Assembly: GCA_963785235.1 (NCBI GenBank)
Contig: CAWAUM010000005.1
Span: forward strand, 544,001-608,000
Length of the DNA: 64,000 nt
Reading direction: 5' to 3'
DNA from: an uncultured delta proteobacterium
GTDB lineage: Bacteria; Desulfobacterota; Desulfomonilia; UBA1062
Position 1 is the stretch's first letter. Each line of letters opens with the position of its first letter. The translations under genes and the position numbers were made by a program. The notes beneath the pieces were generated by a model, which had not been told where the DNA came from, did not search any database, and saw only the letters and a list, made by a program, of their open reading frames with translations. Shown one piece after another: positions 1-8,858 of this stretch.

Positions 1-266
1 AGCTGCAGAATGTCATCGAACGGGCGGTCATCCTATCGAGAGGTCCTGAACTCCAGATACCACTGTTCCCCTCGGAACCCCAGGCAGTCGCTAAAGGGAC
101 CTTTGATGACCTGCCCACGCTTGATGAACTGCAGCATCGATATATCAGGCACGTCTTCGAATATACAAAGGGCAGGGTCAGCGGACCGGGCGGCGCAGCC
201 GACATCCTTGGAATGAAGCGCACGAGCCTTTATTCCCGCATGAGGGCGCTGGGCATGAAAAAATAG
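1..266 (+). CDS. 3' end of sigma54-dependent (NtrC/Fis-type) transcriptional activator, truncated by window edge
   Basis: Frame starting at 3 reads LQNVIERAVILSRG...GRVSGPGGAADILGMKRTSLYSRMRALGMKK* (end of AAA+ domain plus Fis HTH); not in the ORF track. Confidence 0.9.
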   Translation, partial: LQNVIERAVILSRGPELQIPLFPSEPQAVAKGTFDDLPTLDELQHRYIRHVFEYTKGRVSGPGGAADILGMKRTSLYSRMRALGMKK

Positions 267-270
267 GTTT

Positions 271-810
271 TCATGTCTTGTGAATCTTATTTAATGTATC
301 CTCGTCTTCAATGGGAACCCGGGTGGACTCGAGGAATCTGCTCACCATGTTGAAGTAGCTTATGCACAGGATGAGTTCTGTCGATTCCCGTACGCCGTAC
401 CGGTTGAGGACCTGCTCCAGAGTCTCGTCGCTGAGCCTTACGTTCCGGCTTATCTCGTCCGCTACTGTGCAAATCAGATTGTCTTCATCGCCAAGGGAAG
501 TCACCGGGTCTTCAGCCTCGATCTTTCCAATCTGCTCCTCAGTAACGCCGCATTGTTTCGCCATGGCAACGTGGTGAGTCCACTCGTATTTAGCGTTGGT
601 AACCCGTGCGACCCTGAGTACAGCTATTTCACGTTTCCGAGGATTAAACCGGCTCTCGAAAAGAATGGAGCGGGCAAAGGCGGCAAAGGTCATAAAACTG
701 GCCGGGGCGTTCGCTGCCATGCGGAAGACATTGAGCGGTATCGATTCGACCGCTTCCTTTATCCCGGGCGGTAGACTTCCAATCTCGGGGAGCGGTATAG
801 AAACACTCAT
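271..810 (-). CDS. Carboxymuconolactone decarboxylase / AhpD-like protein
   Basis: LNVFRMAANAP, REIAVLRVA...YEWTHH, YFNMVSR motifs. Confidence 0.8.
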   Translation of the reverse strand: MSVSIPLPEIGSLPPGIKEAVESIPLNVFRMAANAPASFMTFAAFARSILFESRFNPRKREIAVLRVARVTNAKYEWTHHVAMAKQCGVTEEQIGKIEAEDPVTSLGDEDNLICTVADEISRNVRLSDETLEQVLNRYGVRESTELILCISYFNMVSRFLESTRVPIEDEDTLNKIHKT

Positions 811-849
811 ATAGAGTTCTCCTTTCCTGTGTGATGATGGCTTCGTGTC

Positions 850-1686
850 TTAAATATGTTTGCCGAATATTCCTGCCAGCTGTTTGGCCTGATATATGGA
901 AAAGGTACGGCTTAACCTGTGCGTGAGGTCGCCCATGTAGGTTTCGGGACAGACCAGGAGCACTGCTGTATTCTTTTTCACTGCCGTCACCACCTTCTTC
1001 GCCACCCTGTCCGGCGTGTAGTTGCGCTTGGCGTAGAAGGTGTCGAGCTTCTTGGTGAAGTCTTCCCCGTCAGAGGAAGCCGAGTAAACCTTTATGCCGG
1101 ATACCGTGATGTTCGTTTTCACGACCCCAGGGCACACGGCCGTGACCCCGATGCCATGGAGAGCCGCTTCTGCCCGGAGTGTCTCGGAGAACCCCTCCAC
1201 TGCGAACTTGGTGCAGCAGTAGGCGGTCATGAGTGGAAGCGGCGCAAGGCCGGCTCCGGATGCCGTGTTCACGATGTGTCCGCCTCCGCCCTGAGCAATC
1301 ATGCGGGGATAGAAGTAGTGGCAGCCGTAGATGACACTCCACAGATTGACTCCCATGATCTTCTCCCAGGAATCCATGGGCAACTTCTCGAACTTTCCCG
1401 CTGTTGCTATTCCGGCATTGTTGCATAGGACATCGACCCTGCTCATCTTCTCATACACCTTGTCGCAGAGATCTTTCACCTGCTCTTTCTTCGACACATC
1501 CACCACCTGGGTATATACTGTCCTGCCTGTCCCTTCAAGTTCCTTCCTGACTTTTTCGAGACCCTGTGCGTTTATGTCTGCCAGGGCGAGTTTTGAACCC
1601 TCGGCTGCGAATGCACGTGCCATCTCGAGCCCGATACCACTTGCAGCTCCCGTGATCACCACTACCTTGCCGTTGAGATTCTTCAT
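850..1686 (-). CDS. SDR-family NAD(P)-dependent oxidoreductase
   Basis: TGAASGIG, NNAG, YCCTK (YxxxK). Confidence 0.95.
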   Translation of the reverse strand: MKNLNGKVVVITGAASGIGLEMARAFAAEGSKLALADINAQGLEKVRKELEGTGRTVYTQVVDVSKKEQVKDLCDKVYEKMSRVDVLCNNAGIATAGKFEKLPMDSWEKIMGVNLWSVIYGCHYFYPRMIAQGGGGHIVNTASGAGLAPLPLMTAYCCTKFAVEGFSETLRAEAALHGIGVTAVCPGVVKTNITVSGIKVYSASSDGEDFTKKLDTFYAKRNYTPDRVAKKVVTAVKKNTAVLLVCPETYMGDLTHRLSRTFSIYQAKQLAGIFGKHI

Positions 1687-1708
1687 ATGAATATTCCTCC
1701 TTGCACTT

Positions 1709-2359
1709 TTATGAGTTTCTACGCTCGGCCCTGAACCAGCCCGCGCCCAGAAAGATCACCAGCAGCAGCCCCCCGACCACGATGCGGAAATCAGGAAAAA
1801 CCAGCTCACTAGAGGTCGGTAGGAGGTTCAGTTCAGAGGCCATTAACTTGTAGGGCATGTACGGGACATACTTGGGGTCGGCCAGCAGGTCCAGGAAGGC
1901 TCGGCGGTCCCGATACCGCACCACGATCACCTCGTCCCAGTCATTCAGAGCGGGCTTGTATCCGAACAGGTTCTTGCCCTGGGGCTTCCCGAGATACACA
2001 GGATAGCTGCCCCGCTTGAACAGGAGGGGGATGGCGACATTTTCATAGATCTTGTTCGATTGTGCAGGGGTACCTTTGAAATCCGGCGTGCCGGGATAAT
2101 GCTGCACCTCGGGGAAGTTCCGCATGAGGTTGAGCATGAACACTGGCCTGCCGTCATCGCCCTCGGCCCAGGCCCTCAGGCGTTTGAGCGACTCAGCCTT
2201 TTCCGCCGGGGGGAAGGCGCTCTTTTCGAGGATCCCCATGTAGCGGCCGATCTCCTCCTGGCTGAGCTTCCCGGTGATGGGCGAATGCCAGAGCCAGAAG
2301 AAAATGAAGAAAAATATGAAAACTATCCCGAGCGCTGCTTCAAAACGATGCCTTTTCAT
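1709..2359 (-). CDS. Membrane-anchored protein with DUF1330-like domain
   Basis: N- and C-terminal TM helices; PVFMLNLMR and WDEVIVVRYRDRRAFL motifs. Confidence 0.6.
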   Translation of the reverse strand: MKRHRFEAALGIVFIFFFIFFWLWHSPITGKLSQEEIGRYMGILEKSAFPPAEKAESLKRLRAWAEGDDGRPVFMLNLMRNFPEVQHYPGTPDFKGTPAQSNKIYENVAIPLLFKRGSYPVYLGKPQGKNLFGYKPALNDWDEVIVVRYRDRRAFLDLLADPKYVPYMPYKLMASELNLLPTSSELVFPDFRIVVGGLLLVIFLGAGWFRAERRNS

Positions 2360-2389
2360 AGAGCCTCCTCTGGAAATGAATTTCGGCCA

Positions 2390-3229
2390 TCACAGTCGGT
2401 CGAGCACGAGCTTAATGGTCTTCTGGGTCACAAACGAATGGAGTGCACGGCTCACCCGATGCATATTGTCGTTGAAGAACTCGTCCGGGCCGATACGAAG
2501 GACCGCAGTGTTCTTCTTCACGGCCTTCACGATCTTCTCCGCCACGTAGTCGGGCTTCATGGCCGCCTTGATGTAGAATTGATCCAGCTTCTTTATGAGC
2601 TGGTCGGCCGAGGTGTGGGCAGTGCCCGAGAACACCTTGCCCGTCACCGTGATGTTCGTCTTGACGATGCCCGGGCACACGCACGTGACGTCGATGCCGT
2701 TCAGCGCGGCCTCGGCCCGGAGCGTCTCGGTGAATCCCACCACCCCGTGCTTCGTGGCGCAGTATGCCGACAGGAGCGGAGCAGGGTGAAGCCCCGCGCC
2801 CGAGGCTGTGTTCACGATGTGCCCGCCCCCGCCCTGCGCGATCATGCGAGGATAAAAGTAGTGGCAGCCGTAGATGACACTCCACAGGTTGATCGCCACG
2901 ATCTGCTCCCAGGATTCCAGGGTCCAGTCTTCGAATTTTCCCGCCCAGCCCACGCCGGCGTTGTTGCACAGGACATCGACCCGGCCCGCGGTCTCGTATA
3001 CATGATCGCAGAAGTCCTTTATCTGCTCCTTCTTCGTTACATCCAGAACATGGGTAGATACGGTGGAGCGAAGTGCCTCGAAATCCTGCCTCACGCCTTC
3101 CAGGGCGGCTGCATTGATATCAGCGAGCACGAGCTTCGCGCCTTCGCGTCCGAACGCCCGGGCCATCTCCAGCCCGATGCCGCTTGCCGCACCTGTGATC
3201 ACCACCACCTTGTCCTTCAGATCCTTCAT
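2390..3229 (-). CDS. SDR-family oxidoreductase, close paralog of 850-1686
   Basis: TGAASGIG, NNAG, YCATK; long stretches identical to 850-1686 (NLWSVIYGCHYFYPRMIAQGGGGHIVNTASGAGL). Confidence 0.95.
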   Translation of the reverse strand: MKDLKDKVVVITGAASGIGLEMARAFGREGAKLVLADINAAALEGVRQDFEALRSTVSTHVLDVTKKEQIKDFCDHVYETAGRVDVLCNNAGVGWAGKFEDWTLESWEQIVAINLWSVIYGCHYFYPRMIAQGGGGHIVNTASGAGLHPAPLLSAYCATKHGVVGFTETLRAEAALNGIDVTCVCPGIVKTNITVTGKVFSGTAHTSADQLIKKLDQFYIKAAMKPDYVAEKIVKAVKKNTAVLRIGPDEFFNDNMHRVSRALHSFVTQKTIKLVLDRL

Positions 3230-3272
3230 GACATTGTCTCCTTTCCTTGTCGTACTTCGGTTTTCGCCCGCG

Positions 3273-4097
3273 TCATAGGGAATTACCTAGATAGCCGACG
3301 AGCAGGGCGTTCAGGCGATCGGGCTGGTCCACCTGAATCCAGTGGGTCGAGTTGTCGATGCGCTCATATCTCCAGGGCGCGTCCACGTAGAGGGTGCTCA
3401 GTTTCATCTGATTCTCGGTTAGGAAATAATCGCCGTCGCTCCAGATGCCGAGCACCGGCACCTTCGCATGGCCGGTTTTTCCGAACAGCATGTGCACCAT
3501 GTTTGCACGGTACCAGTTGATGCCTGCACTGAGCCTGCCGGGCCGCCCCTTGTCATCCTTCCAGTTGACGAGTTCCGGATGGTTCTGCGAGAGCAGCTTC
3601 GCGAACGCCCAGTCGAAGGCCTTCGTGACGACATCCGGGATAACTGGGATCTGGAACGCAAAGGCATACCAGGAGCGGACCTTCTGCTCGAACCCACCTT
3701 TCCTGTAGGAAGTCGGGTGGCCCACAGACATGGCCACGTAGCGGTCTACGCGCTCGGGGTGCGCGAGAGCTACGTGCCAGCCCAGGATGGCTCCCCAGTC
3801 GTGACCGACGAGCCTTGCCTTTCCGATGCCCAAGCCGTCCATCAGGCCGATGACGTCATTTATAAGGATAGCCAGCTTGTAGTTGGCCCTGCCGGTGGGG
3901 GCTTCCGATTCGCCGCTTCCCCTCAGGTCGGGAACAATGACCCGGTACCCTGCCTGCACGAGCGCCGGGATCTGGTTGCGCCAGATGAGCGAGCTGTCCG
4001 GGAACCCGTGCAGTAGAATCACGTCAGGGCCTGCGCCCTCGACGATTACATTGAACCTGACGCCGTTGGCGACGATATTTCGTTCCATGAATCTCAT
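3273..4097 (-). CDS. Alpha/beta hydrolase, epoxide hydrolase/dehalogenase-like
   Basis: HGFPD, DLRGSGES, GHDWG (Asp nucleophile), NWYRA, C-terminal HW. Confidence 0.9.
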   Translation of the reverse strand: MRFMERNIVANGVRFNVIVEGAGPDVILLHGFPDSSLIWRNQIPALVQAGYRVIVPDLRGSGESEAPTGRANYKLAILINDVIGLMDGLGIGKARLVGHDWGAILGWHVALAHPERVDRYVAMSVGHPTSYRKGGFEQKVRSWYAFAFQIPVIPDVVTKAFDWAFAKLLSQNHPELVNWKDDKGRPGRLSAGINWYRANMVHMLFGKTGHAKVPVLGIWSDGDYFLTENQMKLSTLYVDAPWRYERIDNSTHWIQVDQPDRLNALLVGYLGNSL

Positions 4098-4179
4098 ATC
4101 AATCCCCCATGCTCATGCAGGTGGTACTGAGAGGCCCAGGCCCGGGGAGGCTGTCGCCAGACCCGAAGCCCCTCCTGGT

Positions 4180-5496
4180 TTACTGCCGCGCCTCAACCCT
4201 TTTCTTGTTCGCTTCCATCATTTCGACAAACCCGTCGATCCTCGTGGTAATGGGACCTTCGGCGTATGCCCTGGGATCGCAGTGGTCCGTGTTCAGTATC
4301 AGCACAGGTATGCCATGCTTCTTGACGATGGCATCGCGCAGGTCCTGGAGGCCCGTGCTCTGGGGCCTGCAGCTCTGGTTGGCGTGCAGGATGACGCCGT
4401 CGAGATCGAAGTCCACGATCATCTTGTCGAAGTACTCGATCCTGTCATCCAGGTTCATGGTGTACGGGACATGCATAAGCTCCCTGGCTATCTGGCGTAG
4501 GGTCTCCTTGACCGTGGCGGCAGCGGGCTTCTTGCGCAAGGCGAAGGATATGGTGTACGAATCGGCCACGACGTATGCGCCCCTCTCCGCCAGCGTCTTC
4601 CGGTAAAGTTCCACCTTGTGCCAGATGACGATGCCGTCCCAGGCGATCCGGAATTTCTCCCTGCCCGACTCGATGACCTGTTTGTCGCTGTAGCGCTCGT
4701 GCGCCATCTTGAGATGCTTGCGGTAAAACTTCAGCGCGTCGGCCTCGTTCCACTGGCACACGAGCGGCAGCATGAAAAGCTTGACCCACTCGAAGTAGCG
4801 GTTTGCCGGGAAGCGCTTGCGGTAGTCGTAAATCTCCGAGAACAGACGGCCCATCTCGTAGGACCTGTCGATGGTCCTCAGGAACTTCTGCTCATTGAAC
4901 TTCTTTCCCGTGTGCTGTTCGAGGAACCGGATGAGGTCCCACAGCTGCTCCTCCACGTAGTCGACGTACTCCTCTATCCGCTCCGGGGTCACACCGGCCA
5001 CGTTGCTCGGGACGTCCAGCCCGAAATGGGGCTTGCCGAATAACTTGGCCTCGCTCTCGAGCCACTTCATGTGGGTGTCGCACACTGGATTGGCAGAGAG
5101 GTACATGTCTGCCGGCTCGTAGCCGCCGAAGTCTTCAGGCCAGCCGAGGCGAGAGGCACCTACGCTTGTCTTCATGTAAGAGCACAGGTCCTTGCTCAAG
5201 CCCAGGCTCTCGGCGTGCTCGATGGAAGGGAGGGTGCACTCGGCCGCTCCGGTCAGGGCTGCGTACGCCTCCGGGTAGTAGGGAAACAGACCAAAGGCCC
5301 GGCCGAACTCCACCGGGAACCCGGCCGTATACGCCCCGGTCTTGACCCAGGGGAAGAGCTTCATGAGCTTGGTCCGGTTGATGTACTGCAGGATGATCTG
5401 GAACATGCGCGGGGTCAGGGGCTGCTTCAGGTACCCCTTTATGCCCTCGACGAGCATCTTCGGATGTTTCATTATGAATTGGGTTATTCTGATCAT
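4180..5496 (-). CDS. 2-hydroxyacyl-CoA dehydratase family (HgdA/FldB/BcrB-like) subunit
   Basis: PVEF...PEAY, DLCSYMK, NPVCD, HANQSCRP, TDHCDPR; start at ATG 5496 behind GGAGG. Confidence 0.9.
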   Translation of the reverse strand: MIRITQFIMKHPKMLVEGIKGYLKQPLTPRMFQIILQYINRTKLMKLFPWVKTGAYTAGFPVEFGRAFGLFPYYPEAYAALTGAAECTLPSIEHAESLGLSKDLCSYMKTSVGASRLGWPEDFGGYEPADMYLSANPVCDTHMKWLESEAKLFGKPHFGLDVPSNVAGVTPERIEEYVDYVEEQLWDLIRFLEQHTGKKFNEQKFLRTIDRSYEMGRLFSEIYDYRKRFPANRYFEWVKLFMLPLVCQWNEADALKFYRKHLKMAHERYSDKQVIESGREKFRIAWDGIVIWHKVELYRKTLAERGAYVVADSYTISFALRKKPAAATVKETLRQIARELMHVPYTMNLDDRIEYFDKMIVDFDLDGVILHANQSCRPQSTGLQDLRDAIVKKHGIPVLILNTDHCDPRAYAEGPITTRIDGFVEMMEANKKRVEARQ

Positions 5497-5510
5497 GGTA
5501 ATCCTCCTGA

Positions 5511-6566
5511 TTATATGATCTCTCGAAAGGTCTCGAGACGGCTGACGACCTGCTGATCGATGACAGGGGTATACTCCCGCTCTATGGTGATGACCTTGTA
5601 CCCGGCCTTCTTCACCTGGTCCGTCATGTACGGCAGATCGAGGAGGTGGGGCTCGCAGAACTTGAGGTTCTGGAATACCACGCCTTTGACTGGGGTCTCC
5701 CTGAGGCATGCGAGCAGGTAGTCGAGACGCGCCTCGAACGGAAGCCTCGTGGGCGGCTGGGGGATCTTGGAGTTGTACTCTACGAGCGCCTCCACGGGAT
5801 CGCCGGTCTCGGGGATCGACTGGGCATAGTATCGCTCCCCCAGGGACATGTCGTCGCGAACGCACCGCAACCCTGCGCTCTCGAGCACTTCCATCCATTC
5901 CGGATAGCTGATATCCGAGCCGGTCACCAGCACGGGCACCATGCCCGAAGGGAATTCCGGCCGCGCCTCCCAGTCCTTCAAGGTCGATTCCAGCTCCCTG
6001 ATGAGTTCGGGCTTCGGTGTCTGGATGCTCTTGCGCATGATCTGCTGATACTCGGGGTTCGGGATGTCCTTTTTCGAGCGGAGGGCCCCAAGCCCCCTCA
6101 GGAGGGCCTTTATCCTGTTCGACGTTCTGATGGCTTCGCCCAGCTTCTTATTTGAGATATCAATGTTGAAGGCCTTCTCGAGGTGGTCGATGAACCGCTT
6201 CAACTCGCGCACGTGGAACTTTCTCGCTGGCCCGTTATTGTTGGCCGGGGTGTTGATCCAGTACAGGAAGGGGGTCTCGACGTGGTATTTCCAGATGTCG
6301 AACTGGTTGTTCGTGGTGTCGCAGCCGTGGCAGAAGGCGATACCCGCCCACTCATTCGACTTCAGCATCCCTTCCGTCAGGGCGCTTCGCGAGAACGGGC
6401 AGATGTAGTTGTGCACGTACCGGTCAGCCAGGTCGGTTGACTCATGGACATCTCCCAGTATCTTGTAGGGAGTGAACCCTGCGGCCATGACGATCTCTTC
6501 CGGGAACTCATGCCCTGTGTCGTAGTAGGCGAATTTCCTCAGCTCATCATTTTTTTTCGAACCCAT
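5511..6566 (-). CDS. 2-hydroxyacyl-CoA dehydratase family (HgdB/FldC/BcrC-like) subunit
   Basis: PEEIVMAAG, YICPFSRS, HGCD, LKFCEPH, RLETFREII. Confidence 0.9.
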   Translation of the reverse strand: MGSKKNDELRKFAYYDTGHEFPEEIVMAAGFTPYKILGDVHESTDLADRYVHNYICPFSRSALTEGMLKSNEWAGIAFCHGCDTTNNQFDIWKYHVETPFLYWINTPANNNGPARKFHVRELKRFIDHLEKAFNIDISNKKLGEAIRTSNRIKALLRGLGALRSKKDIPNPEYQQIMRKSIQTPKPELIRELESTLKDWEARPEFPSGMVPVLVTGSDISYPEWMEVLESAGLRCVRDDMSLGERYYAQSIPETGDPVEALVEYNSKIPQPPTRLPFEARLDYLLACLRETPVKGVVFQNLKFCEPHLLDLPYMTDQVKKAGYKVITIEREYTPVIDQQVVSRLETFREII

Positions 6567-6583
6567 AGTAACCCTCCCTTGTG

Positions 6584-7861
6584 TTAGAACTTGTAGCCGA
6601 TAGTAGCGGCTATCAGGTGAGCCGGCACATCGAACTTGCCCGTTACTCTTCCTGCCGCCCCGTAATCTCCTGTCCCGTTGTCGTAGTCCCGCTCATCGGT
6701 CCAGAAGAGATAGTTGTACCCGAGGTCCAGCGAAATATTACCTGCCTTGTACCCACCGCCCAGGGCTACACGCCAGCGGTCGTTGGTGGGGGTGGTGGGC
6801 TCGAGGGTGTCGCTTGGTATCGGGTTTTCTGAATATTCGATCCCTGTCCTGAGAGAAAAGACATCGGTGAGTTTGTACGACGCCCCCAATCGGTAGGTCA
6901 GGGTATTGTCCCAGTTTTTCGGGGTCACGGATGTGGGCAGGTTGTCGAAATCAACTTTCATCTCGTCGATGTGCGACCACTGCACCCAGAGCACGTCAAA
7001 GTCCACAGCCAGCGGTCCCTTGACATAGGCAACGCCCGTATACAGCAGGGCGGGAAGCGTTATGACCAGACTGGCATCATCCTTAACGTTGCCTGCGCCT
7101 CCTGGAGTGCCCTTTATCGAGATATCACCGTCCAGTTCATGTCTCATGGCACTGCGATAGGACATGCCGAATTTCACATTGTCGTTCAGCCAGGCAAGGA
7201 CGCCAAGGTTGTATCCGTAGCTCACCTGATCATCGGCAGTGAGTTTCATATTGGCGTCAGGGTACACCGTTTCACCCACTACGACAGGCACCTTGCTCTC
7301 TAACTTAGCATCGGCCTTCTGAAGAACGAGCCCGCCGGAGAAGCTGATCTTCTGGTTGACGCGGTACGCCATCACCGGATTAAAAGAGACCGTGTTGATC
7401 TCTGCCATCGTACCACCGGATATGTATCGGCCCTCCCACCCGTCGGGCCAGTTCGTGGAAAGCCCGAAGTTGGCGAAGATCCCGAGCCCAAGGCTCAGCG
7501 AGTCGTTCAGCTTGTGCGTGGCAAACAGGCTGGGAATGTAAGCCTGGGTCGGCCGTGCAACGGTCTCCTGGCCGTCCGCTCCGAAGGCCGAGGTCCCGTT
7601 GCTCGTGAAGCTCGCATCAGAAATGTTCACGAAGGTGAGGCCCTGTGAGAGCTGGGTGCCATCGAGCTGCACGATGCCTGCCGGATTGTAGTAGACTGCC
7701 GAAGGGTTATCTGCCATGGCGGTGAACGCGTCGGCCATACCCGTTGCCTTGCCGTCCATGTGGTCTATGAAATACGCATTGCTGAAACCTTTCGACGGCA
7801 GCAGCAGCACCATGAAGATGAATCCACCTATGACCCATCCCCATTTCGTGATGTTTTTCAT
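6584..7861 (-). CDS. fadL: FadL/TodX outer-membrane channel for hydrophobic compounds
   Basis: Signal peptide, ADNPSAVYYNPAG, FGLST.W...W.GRY, C-terminal YKF; start ATG 7861 behind GGAGG. Confidence 0.9.
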   Translation of the reverse strand: MKNITKWGWVIGGFIFMVLLLPSKGFSNAYFIDHMDGKATGMADAFTAMADNPSAVYYNPAGIVQLDGTQLSQGLTFVNISDASFTSNGTSAFGADGQETVARPTQAYIPSLFATHKLNDSLSLGLGIFANFGLSTNWPDGWEGRYISGGTMAEINTVSFNPVMAYRVNQKISFSGGLVLQKADAKLESKVPVVVGETVYPDANMKLTADDQVSYGYNLGVLAWLNDNVKFGMSYRSAMRHELDGDISIKGTPGGAGNVKDDASLVITLPALLYTGVAYVKGPLAVDFDVLWVQWSHIDEMKVDFDNLPTSVTPKNWDNTLTYRLGASYKLTDVFSLRTGIEYSENPIPSDTLEPTTPTNDRWRVALGGGYKAGNISLDLGYNYLFWTDERDYDNGTGDYGAAGRVTGKFDVPAHLIAATIGYKF

Positions 7862-7898
7862 GCCCCTTTCCTCCTTCCAACTGTCTGATTTCAATCCC

Positions 7899-8666
7899 TT
7901 ATTCCCTGCCAGCCATGATGGCCGCCCCGATGGCACCGTTGACCTGGGCTGTCTCGGGCACGTCGAGCTTTATGCCAAGTTTTTTTTCCAGGGCGTTCCT
8001 GATGCCGATATTCTTTGCTACCCCACCTGTCATCACCACCGGTTTTACCACTCCTGTCCGGCCCATCATTGAGACCATGCGTGATGCTATGGAATCGTGG
8101 ATGCCCGCAATGATGTTCTCACGGGATTCGCCATTACTGATGAGCGAGATCACCTCGGACTCGGCGAAGACCGTGCACATGCTGCTGATCCGTACCGTGT
8201 TCTTTGCCTTGTTGGACATGGCCCCGAAATCATCCAGCGGAACCTCAAGGGCGCGGGCCATCACCTCGAGGAAACGCCCTGTCCCTGCGGAGCACTTGTC
8301 GTTCATGACAAAATCTACTATCGCTCCGCCTTCGTCCATGCGGATGAACTTGCTGTCCTGGCCCCCGATGTCGATGACCGATCGCACCTTTGGCAGGAAA
8401 TGTTTGGCGCCCTCTGCGTGACAGAGGATCTCGGTGATCTTCTTATGGGCGATGCTCACGTTGTTTCGGCCGTAGCCTGTAGATACAATGCGGTCCACGG
8501 ATGACTCCTTGAGCCCTAGCCCGCTCAGGGTCCGCTCGAGGATATCCCTCCATGCCTTCTCCGGATTGTATCCGGTAAAAGAAATGTCCGTACACAGGAT
8601 CCTTCCGCTCTCCATTACAGCCACCTTTGTTGTTATGGACCCTATATCAAGTCCCACAGTCAGCAT
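7899..8666 (-). CDS. ATP-dependent acyl-CoA dehydratase activator (HgdC/BcrA/D-type, ASKHA fold, 4Fe-4S)
   Basis: GLDIGSITTK, TGYGR, EILCH, DIGGQDSK, MNDKCSAGTGRFLE, CTVFAESE. Confidence 0.95.
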   Translation of the reverse strand: MLTVGLDIGSITTKVAVMESGRILCTDISFTGYNPEKAWRDILERTLSGLGLKESSVDRIVSTGYGRNNVSIAHKKITEILCHAEGAKHFLPKVRSVIDIGGQDSKFIRMDEGGAIVDFVMNDKCSAGTGRFLEVMARALEVPLDDFGAMSNKAKNTVRISSMCTVFAESEVISLISNGESRENIIAGIHDSIASRMVSMMGRTGVVKPVVMTGGVAKNIGIRNALEKKLGIKLDVPETAQVNGAIGAAIMAGRE

Positions 8667-8705
8667 GTCCGGACACTCCTTTAACCTTTAATCAAAAATA
8701 CATTA

Positions 8706-8721
8706 CTCAAGGTTCATGCCA
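8706..8721 (-). promoter_or_regulatory. sigma54 -24/-12 promoter for the activator-fadL-dehydratase operon
   Basis: Minus strand TGGCATGAACCTTGAG, 40 bp upstream of the 8666 start; divergent bEBP gene adjacent. Confidence 0.7.
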
Positions 8722-8739
8722 TGGCATTGATGATAGTAT

Positions 8740-8752
8740 AATCAATATGTTG
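8740..8752 (+). promoter_or_regulatory. IHF binding site
   Basis: AATCAATATGTTG matches WATCAANNNNTTR and lies between the sigma54 promoter and the putative UAS pair. Confidence 0.65.
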
Positions 8753-8770
8753 CATAATCTGGTTGTCATG

Positions 8771-8829
8771 TTCGCCATATATGGTAATTAAAATAAGTTA
8801 TATATTGCTTATTTCACCATATATGGCGT
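8771..8829. promoter_or_regulatory. Two palindromic upstream activator sequences (core CCATATATGG)
   Basis: TTCGCCATATATGGTAA (8771-8787) and TTCACCATATATGGCGT (8813-8829), 42 bp apart. Confidence 0.65.
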
Positions 8830-8858
8830 AATGATGATTTAATTTTGGGAGGTTGTTT

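Noticed and set aside
2060-3520. 486-aa plus-strand ORF and many similar overlapping ORFs (e.g. 12175-13404, 58048-59166, 62847-63998)
   Set aside because: Antisense or alternate-frame shadows of well-supported GC-rich genes; no recognisable motifs
5497-5898. N-terminal extension of ORF 4180-5898
   Set aside because: Overlaps the upstream dehydratase gene in another frame; good RBS and family-like sequence begin at ATG 5496
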